Shown here one piece after another: positions 9,808 to 20,724 of a stretch of DNA of 64,000 nt. The DNA lies in NCBI GenBank assembly GCA_050293845.1, contig JBNKNM010000001.1, positions 41,552 to 105,551 of the forward strand. The letters are read 5' to 3'. Numbering within the stretch: position 1 is the first letter of the stretch; every line of letters begins with the position of its first letter. The stretch comes from Pseudobacteriovorax sp. (GTDB taxonomy: Bacteria > Bdellovibrionota_B > Oligoflexia > Oligoflexales > Oligoflexaceae). The notes under the pieces are model-generated. The model saw only the letters and a program-made list of their open reading frames with translations. It did not search any database and had not been told where the DNA came from. The position numbers and the translations under genes are program-made.

Positions 9808-10281
9808 GTGAAGATGATCAATGACTGGAAAAATATCGACGAAGTCTCAAAGACAGTTTTAAGCATGCTCCCTCAACAAGAACCTTTTCGCTTTGTTGAC
9901 CGGATTATTGAAATAAGTGAGAGCCATTGTGTCGGTACCTACCGATTCAAGTCAGACGAATACTTCTATCAGGGCCACTTCCCAGGCAACCCCGTTACCC
10001 CTGGAGTGATCCTCACTGAGTCTATGGCTCAAATTGGAGTCAGCTCATTGTCCCTCTACCTACTTCTGAGAGAGAGCCAGCAATTCAAAAATGTGACCTC
10101 TTACTTTACGGAAGCTCACTCAGAATTCTTAAAGCCTGTTCTACCTGGTGACCGGATCATCGTTAAAGCACAGAAAATTTACTGGCGTCGCAAGAAGATA
10201 AAATGTGAAACTAAGCTTTATTTGGAATCTGGTGAGCTTGCTGCACAGGCGCAACTTTCTGGAATGGGAGTGATCAAATGA
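9808..10281 (+). CDS. FabZ-family 3-hydroxyacyl-ACP dehydratase
   Basis: LPQQEPFRFVDRI, GHFPGNPVTPGVILTESMAQ (His/Glu dyad), F.KPV.PGD. Confidence 0.9.
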   Translation: MKMINDWKNIDEVSKTVLSMLPQQEPFRFVDRIIEISESHCVGTYRFKSDEYFYQGHFPGNPVTPGVILTESMAQIGVSSLSLYLLLRESQQFKNVTSYFTEAHSEFLKPVLPGDRIIVKAQKIYWRRKKIKCETKLYLESGELAAQAQLSGMGVIK

Positions 10282-11546
10282 AGCGCGTAGTTGTAACAGG
10301 AATGGGTGTGGTAGCACCCAATGGGCTGGGCTTGGAAGCCTTCCGGCAGGCCTTAAAAAAAGGGAAGTCGGGTATTGAATCCGTCGCCCTCATGAAGGAA
10401 AAGAATTTTGGGTGCCAGGTAGGGGGTGTCTGTAAGGGTTACGATGAGGCTGTGGCTCAGCATTTTTCCGAAGCAGAGCTATTCGCTATGAGCCAAGGTA
10501 TGAAGTTAGGTAGCCTTGCTGCCATTGAAGCTTTTACTCATGCCCAATTATCGATACCCAGCACCGATAGCGACTTCGTATATGAAGATACAGGGGCGGT
10601 GATCGGCACCGGCATTGGTGGCTTAGATGTTTTTGCTGATAAAGTGTACCCTAGTGTTGAAGCAGGCAAAACCCGTAGAATGGGAAGCAGCATCGTAGAG
10701 CAGACCATGTGCAGTGGTGTCAGTGCAAAAATAGCTGGTTACCTGGGACTTGGCAATCAAGTGACAACAAATAGCTCTGCCTGTTCCACCGGTACGGAAG
10801 CCATTATTATGGGAGTGCAAAGAATTAAGCACGGACTTGCCAAACGCATGCTAGTAGGTGGAGTCGAAGCAGCACATATTCATATCTGGGCCGGTTTTGA
10901 TGCCATGCGAGTCCTATCAAGAAAATTCAATGATTCCCCCACATTGGCTTCACGACCCTTAAGTGCAACGGCTTGTGGGTTTGTTCCTGGAAGCGGTGCA
11001 GGGGTTTTAGTGCTCGAAGAGCTCGAAACTGCCCTAGAGCGGGGAGTTCCCATTTTAGCCGAAGTCTTAGGTACCCATACTAATTGTGGTGGAATGCGTC
11101 ACGGCGGGAGTATGACGGCCCCTAGTCCTGTAGGTGTCCAGCGTTGTATCCGTTCTGCTCTATTGGATGCCCAGATTGAGCCTCAAGATCTCGACTATAT
11201 TAATGGACATCTTACTGCAACTATGGCTGATCCTGTCGAATTAAAAAATTGGCAGGAAGCCTTGGAATTAAAAAGCCATGAATTTCCTTTAGTGAACGCC
11301 ACTAAATCAATGATAGGTCATGCATTAGGCGCCGCTGGGGCCATTGAAACTATTGCGACCCTTATGCAATTAACCGAGAACTTCGTCCACAAGTCCTTGA
11401 ATTGTCATGATCTACATCCCGAGATCGAACATCTTGCTGAAAGTATCCCCCAGGAAACCGTAAGCAAGTCGTTAAATATTGCAGCAAAAGCTAGTTTTGG
11501 CTTTGGTGATGTCAATAGTTGTTTAATTTTTAAAGCTTGGAGTTGA
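10278..11546 (+). CDS. FabF/FabB-family beta-ketoacyl-ACP synthase
   Basis: RVVVTGMG, SACSTG, INGHLTAT, KSMIGHALGAAG, SFGFG; ATGA overlap with the upstream gene. Confidence 0.92.
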   Translation: MKRVVVTGMGVVAPNGLGLEAFRQALKKGKSGIESVALMKEKNFGCQVGGVCKGYDEAVAQHFSEAELFAMSQGMKLGSLAAIEAFTHAQLSIPSTDSDFVYEDTGAVIGTGIGGLDVFADKVYPSVEAGKTRRMGSSIVEQTMCSGVSAKIAGYLGLGNQVTTNSSACSTGTEAIIMGVQRIKHGLAKRMLVGGVEAAHIHIWAGFDAMRVLSRKFNDSPTLASRPLSATACGFVPGSGAGVLVLEELETALERGVPILAEVLGTHTNCGGMRHGGSMTAPSPVGVQRCIRSALLDAQIEPQDLDYINGHLTATMADPVELKNWQEALELKSHEFPLVNATKSMIGHALGAAGAIETIATLMQLTENFVHKSLNCHDLHPEIEHLAESIPQETVSKSLNIAAKASFGFGDVNSCLIFKAWS

Positions 11547-11550
11547 GCCT

Positions 11551-11802
11551 ATGGAAACCAATGAAATCTACCAAGACGTTGTAAGTATCGTCAGTAAGCA
11601 TGCCAAGAATCAGGATGCTCTCAAAGCTTTGAGCAATGAGACCCATATCCTGAATGATTTGCAGGTGAATTCAGCGAGACTTGTTGACATTGTTCTTGAT
11701 TTTGAAGATAAATTCGATCTAGAAATTTCTGATGATGACGCTGATAGTATTAGTACGATTGGTGATGCCGTCGAATTAGTAAAAAAACTTCAGCAACACT
11801 AA
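11551..11802 (+). CDS. Acyl carrier protein
   Basis: 83 aa, acidic; DLQVNSARLVDI (Ser site), EDKFDLEISDDDA...TIGDAV. Confidence 0.9.
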   Translation: METNEIYQDVVSIVSKHAKNQDALKALSNETHILNDLQVNSARLVDIVLDFEDKFDLEISDDDADSISTIGDAVELVKKLQQH

Positions 11803-11806
11803 AAAA

Positions 11807-11846
11807 CAAGGTCGGGCTGCAGATATTTTTCGAAAGCCCGACCTTG
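11807..11846. terminator. 12-bp inverted repeat after the ACP gene (terminator or mRNA-stabilising stem-loop)
   Basis: CAAGGTCGGGCT-N16-AGCCCGACCTTG, preceded by an A-run. Confidence 0.6.
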
Positions 11847-11873
11847 AAAGTTCTTTGTTATATGGGGTAAATA

Positions 11874-12665
11874 TTGCTAACTCTCAAGTATCGCATGCTT
11901 CTGCGACTGCAGATCATGGTTTCTTTCTGCAATTCTGTCTGGTTTGTACCTCTGTTTATATTTCTTTTGAGAGTCGTTTTTCAATACCGTATCGTTAAAC
12001 TAAAAAAGTTTCGAGAAAAATTTTCACAATTAAGAGAGAGTACCAAAAATCGCCCTATTATCATAGCAGCCAACCACCTTACACTTATCGATTCAATGTT
12101 CATCACCTGGGCTGTTATGTCTCCCCAAGACTATTTTCTTAGATTCAAGCAATTCCCTTGGAATGTACCAGAGCTTTCGAATTTCGGAAGAAATATATTA
12201 CTCAGACTCATGTGTTATTTGGGTAAGTGTGTTTACATCGAAAGACAAGGGAAAATAGCTTCTAAGAAACTATCGCTTAAAAAACTTAGCTATCTTCTTA
12301 GGCAAGGTCATAGTGTCTGCATTTTTCCAGAAGGGGGGCGATCCCGTCTGGGAAAAATCGATCGCGAAGGAGCGACATATGGTATAGGTCAGCTTGTTGA
12401 AGAACAAGAGAATGCTGCGGTATTTTGCATCTACCTTCGGAGCGATAGCCAAAAAAAATTCTCAAATTTTCCCACGTGGGGTGATCGGTTCTTTATTGAT
12501 GTTTCAGCCATAACTCCCCATAGTCACCTTGAGGGACGCCGTAAACATCGAGACATTACCCTCCAGATTGTTAACGAACTTGAGCGCATGGAGGAATGCT
12601 ACTTTAATGATTGGCAACGACATCATAGATCTGAACCAAAATATCCCACATCCTCGATTTGCTGA
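11874..12665 (+). CDS. PlsC/LPLAT-family lysophospholipid acyltransferase
   Basis: NHLTLID (HX4D), FPEGGRS; hydrophobic N-terminus. Confidence 0.88.
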   Translation: MLTLKYRMLLRLQIMVSFCNSVWFVPLFIFLLRVVFQYRIVKLKKFREKFSQLRESTKNRPIIIAANHLTLIDSMFITWAVMSPQDYFLRFKQFPWNVPELSNFGRNILLRLMCYLGKCVYIERQGKIASKKLSLKKLSYLLRQGHSVCIFPEGGRSRLGKIDREGATYGIGQLVEEQENAAVFCIYLRSDSQKKFSNFPTWGDRFFIDVSAITPHSHLEGRRKHRDITLQIVNELERMEECYFNDWQRHHRSEPKYPTSSIC

Positions 12666-13122
12666 GAGGATTACTTCAGCACAAGAAAAGGCTTACCATG
12701 ATCTTTCTCAGCTACGTCATGTATGGGAGTTATGGGCTATTAAGGAGTCTGCCTATAAAGCTCTCATGCAAAAACTTGGTAAGATTCCAGGGAATCCAAG
12801 GCTCTATGAGGTTAGTGAAGATAAAAGTCAGGTAAGCTATAGGGGCCATACCTTGGAAGTATTTTTGCAACCTCATACCGACTATATTTTCGCTCAAGCC
12901 TTTGGCTCTATGGAACAGCCTCAATTTGTGATTGGGAGCGTAAAAGACCAAGAATCTCTGGATGTTCGTGAGCTTTGTCAGCAACTGTTTCTCGATCCCG
13001 GTTGTATAATCAAAACTGGCATGGGTATCCCGATATACATAACAAAGAACAAGACATACCCTATTTCCCTAACTCATCACCAAAGATTTATTGCTGCAAG
13101 TCGCTTATCAACGGTATTATAG
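12607..13122 (+). CDS. 4'-phosphopantetheinyl transferase (ACPS superfamily)
   Basis: MIGNDIIDL at ATG 12607 (GGAGG upstream), WAIKESAYK, ISLTHH. Confidence 0.85.
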   Translation: MIGNDIIDLNQNIPHPRFAERITSAQEKAYHDLSQLRHVWELWAIKESAYKALMQKLGKIPGNPRLYEVSEDKSQVSYRGHTLEVFLQPHTDYIFAQAFGSMEQPQFVIGSVKDQESLDVRELCQQLFLDPGCIIKTGMGIPIYITKNKTYPISLTHHQRFIAASRLSTVL

Positions 13123-13250
13123 CCAGCCGTATCGAAATTGTTATGAGTTCCATGCTTCCCAAACTATAGAAATAAATTTATTTAGTCACTGAAACCATTC
13201 ATGTAACTGCCAGTCCTTTAATTTTCTTTTCATTATTCCGAATAGAAAAT

Positions 13251-14180
13251 ATGCTTAATAAACAAAAACGACAAATCATAATACTTGCATTTTTATGCGG
13301 TTGCGACTCAAGAGTCATCGTTGATAAAACCGACGGCGGCCTAGAGCAGTCCCAGCAGGTTCTCAGCCAAGATCAGGCTGGTATTTTGGTAAATACCGAG
13401 GGAACTGACAGCCAGGGCTCGGATACAATCAATATCGATATCCCAGAAAATAATGTGGTGGAATCACCAGAACTTGTACCGGTAGCTTTGACAAAGTACA
13501 TCGATAGCCAAATAGAGTGTGAGCAATTACAGGGTAATGCCCCGGTTAATGGGATTTCATCAGGTGAGGCTTACTGCAGAATCATCGATGAGAACCAGCA
13601 AAGACTAATCCCAAACGATGACGGTATTACTGCAAGTTGGTCATTTACTGCCGATTTCAACTTAGCAACATTAGAGCTAGCTGCAAGTGAACTAGGAGAT
13701 TACGACATCAAGCTCACAGCAACCGCCGATTTTCCTGCAAAAGCCTGGTATGGTTTGGATATTGCTATTATAAATGTAAAGTTAGACGAAAACGACCAGT
13801 CCATGAATTTATCCCAGCAGAGCAAGAATTTACTGGGAGAAGATTGCAACAACGATAGCACCGATGGAATCGACTTGAGCATTCCTAATAATTTAGTCGG
13901 AATCTTCATGAACGGTGACGATGTTGGTGGTAATGGGAAAGGCTTTCTTATTTTTGACAATTCTACCCTTAGGGATAACGGTACCAATAACTTGTTTTTC
14001 GGTAGATTTAACAGCCGAGTAGAAGATCAAGGAACAGGCTCTACAGGAGTTTTTCTTGCTAATAGTAATTATATATCGAACGGATTAAATAACACGACGT
14101 TCCTCCACCCTCTAGCTAATGCTGTTAATGCCAATGGTTCCAACTTTAAATTTATAACACCAATTAATTTCTGCCCCTAG
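13251..14180 (+). CDS. Hypothetical lipoprotein with an Asn/Gly-rich C-terminus
   Basis: Basic N-terminus, hydrophobic stretch, FLCG-C lipobox-like site; 309 aa. Confidence 0.6.
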   Translation: MLNKQKRQIIILAFLCGCDSRVIVDKTDGGLEQSQQVLSQDQAGILVNTEGTDSQGSDTINIDIPENNVVESPELVPVALTKYIDSQIECEQLQGNAPVNGISSGEAYCRIIDENQQRLIPNDDGITASWSFTADFNLATLELAASELGDYDIKLTATADFPAKAWYGLDIAIINVKLDENDQSMNLSQQSKNLLGEDCNNDSTDGIDLSIPNNLVGIFMNGDDVGGNGKGFLIFDNSTLRDNGTNNLFFGRFNSRVEDQGTGSTGVFLANSNYISNGLNNTTFLHPLANAVNANGSNFKFITPINFCP

Positions 14181-14210
14181 CACAACATAATTACTGATAG
14201 CGTAGCTTGG

Positions 14211-15068
14211 TCAGCTGCGAGTCTTCTTTTGAGAAAATCTTTTTTTCAACTTAGCACAGGGATCTTCACGCTGCGTGCGAAGGGTTCCCACAAAAAAGTG
14301 ATATTCTTCATTGGGAGATGAATCCCCGTCCTCTAAAAAAATGACGCTCAATAATTTCTTCTTAGGGTAAGCTGTAGAAAAGTATAAGGGTATCCCGTAA
14401 ATTAAATTGCCATGGCCAGCTCCCAATAGGTAAACATCTATGAGACCATTTTGTTCTTGAAACCTGGATACCATGTAAGCATCTCTATACCTTTGGATCC
14501 CCAGCATTTTTTCGGCATATTTTGGTGGCAGATGGCCACAATGAGATTCTTTTAACACAGATAGCAACTTATCTTTCACCGTTTCCTCTAAAGGCTTTTT
14601 GAGACCGGTTTTTATTTCAAGTTCCTCAGTTATTAATTCCGGATTTTTATCACTGTATAAACCAGATAACTGTTTTCTGGGAATACCCACTCCAATAGGA
14701 GTTTGCTCTAAAAGTTTTGCAGCCAACTCAGAAAAAATGGAAAAATCAGGCCACCCCGATTGTGACCAATCTGCGAGTTGAGCAAACTCTTGAACCGACT
14801 GGGGCTTACCTTTCTCTAACCGCTCTTGTTGATCAGCAGTAAGGTGTTCCATATAGACCCGACCTAACTTGTTCTTCGTCTTCAAAAACTCTATAACGGC
14901 AGCTTGATAAAGATGGTGCCGGTGATTATCGTGTCTTTCCCCAAGTAGGATAACATCGTGCTCCATAAGTTCTTGTTTAAAGGAATCAGTGAGTTCAGGT
15001 ATAGTTAATATGCTTGTTTGACATGAGCATACTATCATACACAACAAGAGCAGTAGCGGAGCACCCAT
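14211..15068 (-). CDS. ChaN-family (EreA/ChaN fold) lipoprotein
   Basis: Lipobox VCS-C; LLGERHDN..HH, MEH, SHCG, Q.YRD.YM, GAGH. Confidence 0.8.
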   Translation of the reverse strand: MGAPLLLLLCMIVCSCQTSILTIPELTDSFKQELMEHDVILLGERHDNHRHHLYQAAVIEFLKTKNKLGRVYMEHLTADQQERLEKGKPQSVQEFAQLADWSQSGWPDFSIFSELAAKLLEQTPIGVGIPRKQLSGLYSDKNPELITEELEIKTGLKKPLEETVKDKLLSVLKESHCGHLPPKYAEKMLGIQRYRDAYMVSRFQEQNGLIDVYLLGAGHGNLIYGIPLYFSTAYPKKKLLSVIFLEDGDSSPNEEYHFFVGTLRTQREDPCAKLKKRFSQKKTRS

Positions 15069-15077
15069 GGATTAACC

Positions 15078-15905
15078 TCATTGCAAAAATTGACTATGGA
15101 ATTTCAAGTGATCGTCAATAAAAGTGGCGATAAAGTAATAGCTATGATCATAACCTTGTTGAAGTCGCAATTCCATACCCAGTTTCCTCTCCTGATGCAG
15201 TTTTTGTAGAGAAGCAAACCCTAACTGTTCAGTTAAAAATTGATCCTCGGAGCCTTGATCGATGAGGATCGGTGTCGTCACCGGTGTTGTTGTTAATAAT
15301 GATAAAGTATCATAGACGCCCCACTCTTCGTCGCTCTTAAGGTAGCCTTGAAAAGCTTTTTGCCCCCAGGGACTTGTGGATGGATGGCAAATGGGGGCAA
15401 AAGCTGAAATGGAGGCAAACTGATCAGGATTCCGTATGCCAATAGTAAGGGCTCCATGTCCGCCCATCGAATGTCCACTGATAGACCATTGACCATTTAG
15501 AGGAAAGTGGCTTTCACATAAAGGAATTAGTTCCTCTGTAATATAACTATACATACGGTAATGATCGGACCATGGTTTTACCGTGGCATCCAAATAAAAC
15601 CCCGCCCCAGAACCAAAATCATAAGAGTCATGTTCCCCTGGAAGATCTAAACCTCGCGGTGATGTGTCAGGACAAAGGATCGCCATACCCAGGCTGGAGG
15701 CTAACCTAAATGCCCCGGCCTTGTGAGCGAAGTTCTCATCGGTGCAAGTAAGTCCAGATAACCAAAGCAAGCAAGGTACATGCTGTTTTTCTGTCAAAGG
15801 CGGTAAAAAAATCCCTAAGTTCATAGGAGTTCCCGTAACCTGAGAAGTATGACGATACCTCCGGTAATGTCCTGCGAATATTAAGGACTCCGCTATTTTT
15901 TCCAT
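15078..15905 (-). CDS. fghA: S-formylglutathione hydrolase
   Basis: WLSGLTC, PDTSPRG, GAGFY, GHSMGGHGA, GYDHSYYFI. Confidence 0.95.
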   Translation of the reverse strand: MEKIAESLIFAGHYRRYRHTSQVTGTPMNLGIFLPPLTEKQHVPCLLWLSGLTCTDENFAHKAGAFRLASSLGMAILCPDTSPRGLDLPGEHDSYDFGSGAGFYLDATVKPWSDHYRMYSYITEELIPLCESHFPLNGQWSISGHSMGGHGALTIGIRNPDQFASISAFAPICHPSTSPWGQKAFQGYLKSDEEWGVYDTLSLLTTTPVTTPILIDQGSEDQFLTEQLGFASLQKLHQERKLGMELRLQQGYDHSYYFIATFIDDHLKFHSQFLQ

Positions 15906-15913
15906 AAAACCTC

Positions 15914-17032
<1,119 letters not shown>

Positions 17033-17781
17033 TTAAAAAGGGTATTGAGAATTGATCATCTTGTAAAGCAATGTGTTTCTAGGAAAACTTTAGCTGATTT
17101 AAGCTTGCTTTGCTTCAAGAAATTTTTCACACCCAGTATTGATGGCTTGCACCGCTGCTTGTAGAAAGACTTGTATGGAATAAGGGCAGAAAGCGCTTGA
17201 AGCGAAAGAAAACATACGCCGTCTTACCGGCTATAAAGACATAGCTATTTACCTTGCCGTCTCCAATATCACAGCTCACTCACGTTATAGGTACCAGAGG
17301 TAGAATGACAATCCTCATAGCCCAAAAATGCATTTTTTTATGCATGGCATGTTGAATGTAAAATACACAAATAGCCTCAGGTCTTTTAAGAAATTTCCAA
17401 ATTGATTTTTTCCAGATCTCACATTAGCAGAGTAGTGATTCACATTGATTAGTTTTAGCGCAAATTTATGCGCAACAGTTTCAAGACTGCTTTGTTAAAT
17501 TTATAGGTGATTGCGATTTTCTGATTTTTACGGAAGTTTCCAATGACTCCCTGGGTCAATCCAAAAAACTTCTCGGCATGGAATGCTTAATTTATAGGTA
17601 TATTTTTGTAGAGATAAACTTTGAGTCAAAAATAAAATATGTCGATGGACTTGAAAAAGACTCCATTCATAAGCTCAATAGTCACTAGTAATTGCAAGTT
17701 TTTTAAAAAAAAGTTAGGACTATGATCTAGATAAAGATCACCAAATTTAAAAAAAGCTGATGCGTATATAACGGAACGAGA

Positions 17782-19680
17782 GTGTTGATGAAATTAAAAA
17801 TTTTTTCTCATAGTGGTCGGGATGTTGTTTTCTATCTTTCAATGCTGCTTGCCAGCTCAATCATTATCATCTATGCGAGCAAGTTCGTATCAATCTTATT
17901 TAATCTAAAAGGTTGGGGGTTACGTCCCCCATCTTGGGATCAAGCTGTTCATGCTCTTGATGCCATTCATTTTGCTAAAGCATTTCAAGAATTAGACCCA
18001 ATACAATTCTTAGTTCAGATTCAAAACAGTGCTCTCTGGCCTCCAGTTGTTCCCTTATTGCAATCAATTTACCTACTCTTCACTGATTTGAGCATAGCCA
18101 GTGTTCGCAATTCAATTGCATTTTGCACTATAATCTCTACTCTGGCTATATTCTACTCGGGCTGGAAGTTAGATAAAACCTGGGGATTTGCAGTAGGCCT
18201 TTTAGCATCAGCTATTCTATTGGTCAGTCCTGAGTTCCAAGAGTTTTCGCTTCAGGTTATGCTGGAAGTTCCTGGAATCGCTCTAACCCTAATAACTTTT
18301 TTTCTATACTGTCATTACCTGGATGAAAGGAATCCTAAGTATTGGCGTCGCACCGTTATCTCAGCTACAGTTCTGTTTTTTGCTAAGTTCAATTATGCAA
18401 TTATGATTTTTCTCCCGATACTTTGCAATGAATGGTTGCTACGGCCTGAAATGCGGCAATCCATATATGACGCCCTAAGCTATCTAAGGCATAGAATTCG
18501 CTGGTGGCACCCCTTTGCAATTTTTGTATATATCTACTTATGCTTCTTAATCTATGTTCATTTTGTTGGAATACGTTTTGAATTGTTGGGAAGAATCGTA
18601 CTGATAAGACGTGCTTGGGGCAACCCCCTCTACCTACTTATATTCATAACAATGATCAGAATGCTGATTTTCCAGCGCCAAGAATGGCGACTCTACCTAA
18701 ACCACCTTTGGAATGCACCAGGTCTCTGGCGTCCTGTAGTTCGCTTATTTTTGTTACCAGTAGCAATTTGGATGAGCTACCCTCCTTTTTTTTCAACATT
18801 TTTTATATTTCTTTTTAGCGAATCGACCCGCAAGCAAACGTTTTTTTCCACAGAGACACTCCGTTTCTATCCCGGAGCATTCGTTGAGAATTACAGTGCC
18901 AATTATGGAATCGCAGCAGCAATTATCATTGGAGTTGTCATCTCCTTTTTGAGCTGGCGTGTATTGTCGCCAAAAATAAGGTTTTTAATCGGCATTGTAG
19001 TCTTCAATCTGATCTTAGTTCTCAGCCACCCTAACTATCAAAAACGATATCTGCTTACGACCGCTCCCTTTATATTCCTTCTTGGTACGTTTGGCCTTAC
19101 GCTTCCTTTACAGCTACTCTTGAAACGCCGCTTGACGATTGCCACTGTTGTTTCTCGGGTGGGAAGTATTACGGCTTTTCTTGTCATTGTTGGCTATATT
19201 GGTTTTGATCCACAAGCCTTACAGGAACGTTTTGTAAAGCAAACCCTTTCACCTACCTTTCGCACCTTATCTGAAAAAATTTGCCTCCACACGTACCGGG
19301 CCCAGAACAACGCTATAATAGGATTGACAGGTTTTCTTAATCCAGCTGCTATAGCAATGACCTGTTATCAGCAACATCCAGATATCAAGAGATCCCAATT
19401 ACCAACAACCATGACACGACTGGGTTTTCATGGTTATCAAGATGGTGCTAAAGTGGTATCCACGGGAAAAATAGATCAATTTTTTGTCGCTGATTACTCC
19501 AAAGTTAAGCGCTCTGTTGGTCGACAGCAAGAAGCATTTTTACTTCCAGGTGCCCGTTCGAGTTTGCCAAAATTAAACCTATATCGACTGGTGGACTTTA
19601 TTGTCGACCCTGATAGTCACCTCGAACTGTCAGTCTACAAACGTTTATCAAAACCATCACGTATTACTCGTAAACCCTAG
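17782..19680 (+). CDS. Multi-pass GT-C membrane glycosyltransferase (ArnT/PMT_2-like)
   Basis: WDQAVH first-loop motif, WPP, MLEVP, AKFNY, QKRYLL; many TM segments; adjacent to a GT2. Confidence 0.7.
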   Translation: MLMKLKIFSHSGRDVVFYLSMLLASSIIIIYASKFVSILFNLKGWGLRPPSWDQAVHALDAIHFAKAFQELDPIQFLVQIQNSALWPPVVPLLQSIYLLFTDLSIASVRNSIAFCTIISTLAIFYSGWKLDKTWGFAVGLLASAILLVSPEFQEFSLQVMLEVPGIALTLITFFLYCHYLDERNPKYWRRTVISATVLFFAKFNYAIMIFLPILCNEWLLRPEMRQSIYDALSYLRHRIRWWHPFAIFVYIYLCFLIYVHFVGIRFELLGRIVLIRRAWGNPLYLLIFITMIRMLIFQRQEWRLYLNHLWNAPGLWRPVVRLFLLPVAIWMSYPPFFSTFFIFLFSESTRKQTFFSTETLRFYPGAFVENYSANYGIAAAIIIGVVISFLSWRVLSPKIRFLIGIVVFNLILVLSHPNYQKRYLLTTAPFIFLLGTFGLTLPLQLLLKRRLTIATVVSRVGSITAFLVIVGYIGFDPQALQERFVKQTLSPTFRTLSEKICLHTYRAQNNAIIGLTGFLNPAAIAMTCYQQHPDIKRSQLPTTMTRLGFHGYQDGAKVVSTGKIDQFFVADYSKVKRSVGRQQEAFLLPGARSSLPKLNLYRLVDFIVDPDSHLELSVYKRLSKPSRITRKP

Positions 19681-19716
19681 TTATGGTTTCTTTTTTATTC
19701 ATGTGAGGAGCATGGG

Positions 19717-20724
19717 ATGCAAAACTTAATTACCTACTCCATTATTATTCCTGTCTTCAACGAAGAAGAAAGCTTACCTCGTCTTTTTGAAAGATTACAA
19801 ATCATACTGGACCAATTAGATGGTAGCTGTGAAGTTATTCTAATCGATGATGGCTCCCATGATAAAAGCTTATCTCTTATGAAACAGTTTCATCGCCAAG
19901 ATTCGCGCTTTTTGGCCATTTCCTTTTCGCGTAACTTTGGTCATCAGATGGCTTTAACAGCTGGTCTAGACTATGCCCGAGGACGAGCGATCATCACTAT
20001 GGACGCTGATTTACAGGACCCCCCTGAACTGATCTATGAGCTAGTGAAAAAGTGGCAAGACGGATATGAATTAGTATATGCGGTACGTCGCAGCCGAAAT
20101 GTAGATCAAAGGTTTAAACGCTACAGTGCGATCGCATTTTATCACGTCTTACGATTTTTAGCCTCAATACAAGCTCCTGTGAACTCAGCAGATTTTCGTT
20201 TGATCGATCGTAAGGTTCTTCGGTCATTTCAAGAGCTTCGAGAAAAAAACCGCTATATCCGGGGTCTTTTTTCATGGCTAGGCTACCATCAAACTGAAGT
20301 CTACTATGACCGAGAACCGCGCTATGCAGGAGAAACCAAATACCCATTGATTAAGATGATCAATCTGGCTTTCGATGCCATTATAAGTTTTTCGACTCTT
20401 CCTCTTAAGTTGTGTATCACCATTGGATTTACAGTGTCATCCCTCGCCTTTATCTATGGAATTTGGAACATAGTCGCAAAAATGTTTGGAATAGGGACTT
20501 ATGTTAGCGGATGGGCATCCCTAGCTGTGTTAATATCTTTTTTAGGAGGTATCCACATCTTCCTGATTGGCATTCTTGGCGAATATATTTCACGCATATA
20601 CGATGAAGTGCGCGGTCGCCCATTGTATGTTATTCGTGAATTTGTTGGTGAATACCAGCGAGACTCACAAAAATCTTCTGAATATCCCCACGTATCAAGT
20701 CAAGCCTCTCAGCCTGTATTATAG
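19717..20724 (+). CDS. GT2 polyprenyl-phosphate glycosyltransferase (GtrB/ArnC-like)
   Basis: IIPVFNEE, DDGS.D, SRNFGHQ, DADLQDPP, two C-terminal TM helices, GEYI.RIYDEV..RPLY. Confidence 0.93.
   Translation: MQNLITYSIIIPVFNEEESLPRLFERLQIILDQLDGSCEVILIDDGSHDKSLSLMKQFHRQDSRFLAISFSRNFGHQMALTAGLDYARGRAIITMDADLQDPPELIYELVKKWQDGYELVYAVRRSRNVDQRFKRYSAIAFYHVLRFLASIQAPVNSADFRLIDRKVLRSFQELREKNRYIRGLFSWLGYHQTEVYYDREPRYAGETKYPLIKMINLAFDAIISFSTLPLKLCITIGFTVSSLAFIYGIWNIVAKMFGIGTYVSGWASLAVLISFLGGIHIFLIGILGEYISRIYDEVRGRPLYVIREFVGEYQRDSQKSSEYPHVSSQASQPVL

Noticed and set aside
12529..12606. Extended N-terminus of the PPTase in the ORF track
   Set aside because: The family motif begins at MIGNDIIDL (ATG 12607), which has its own GGAGG
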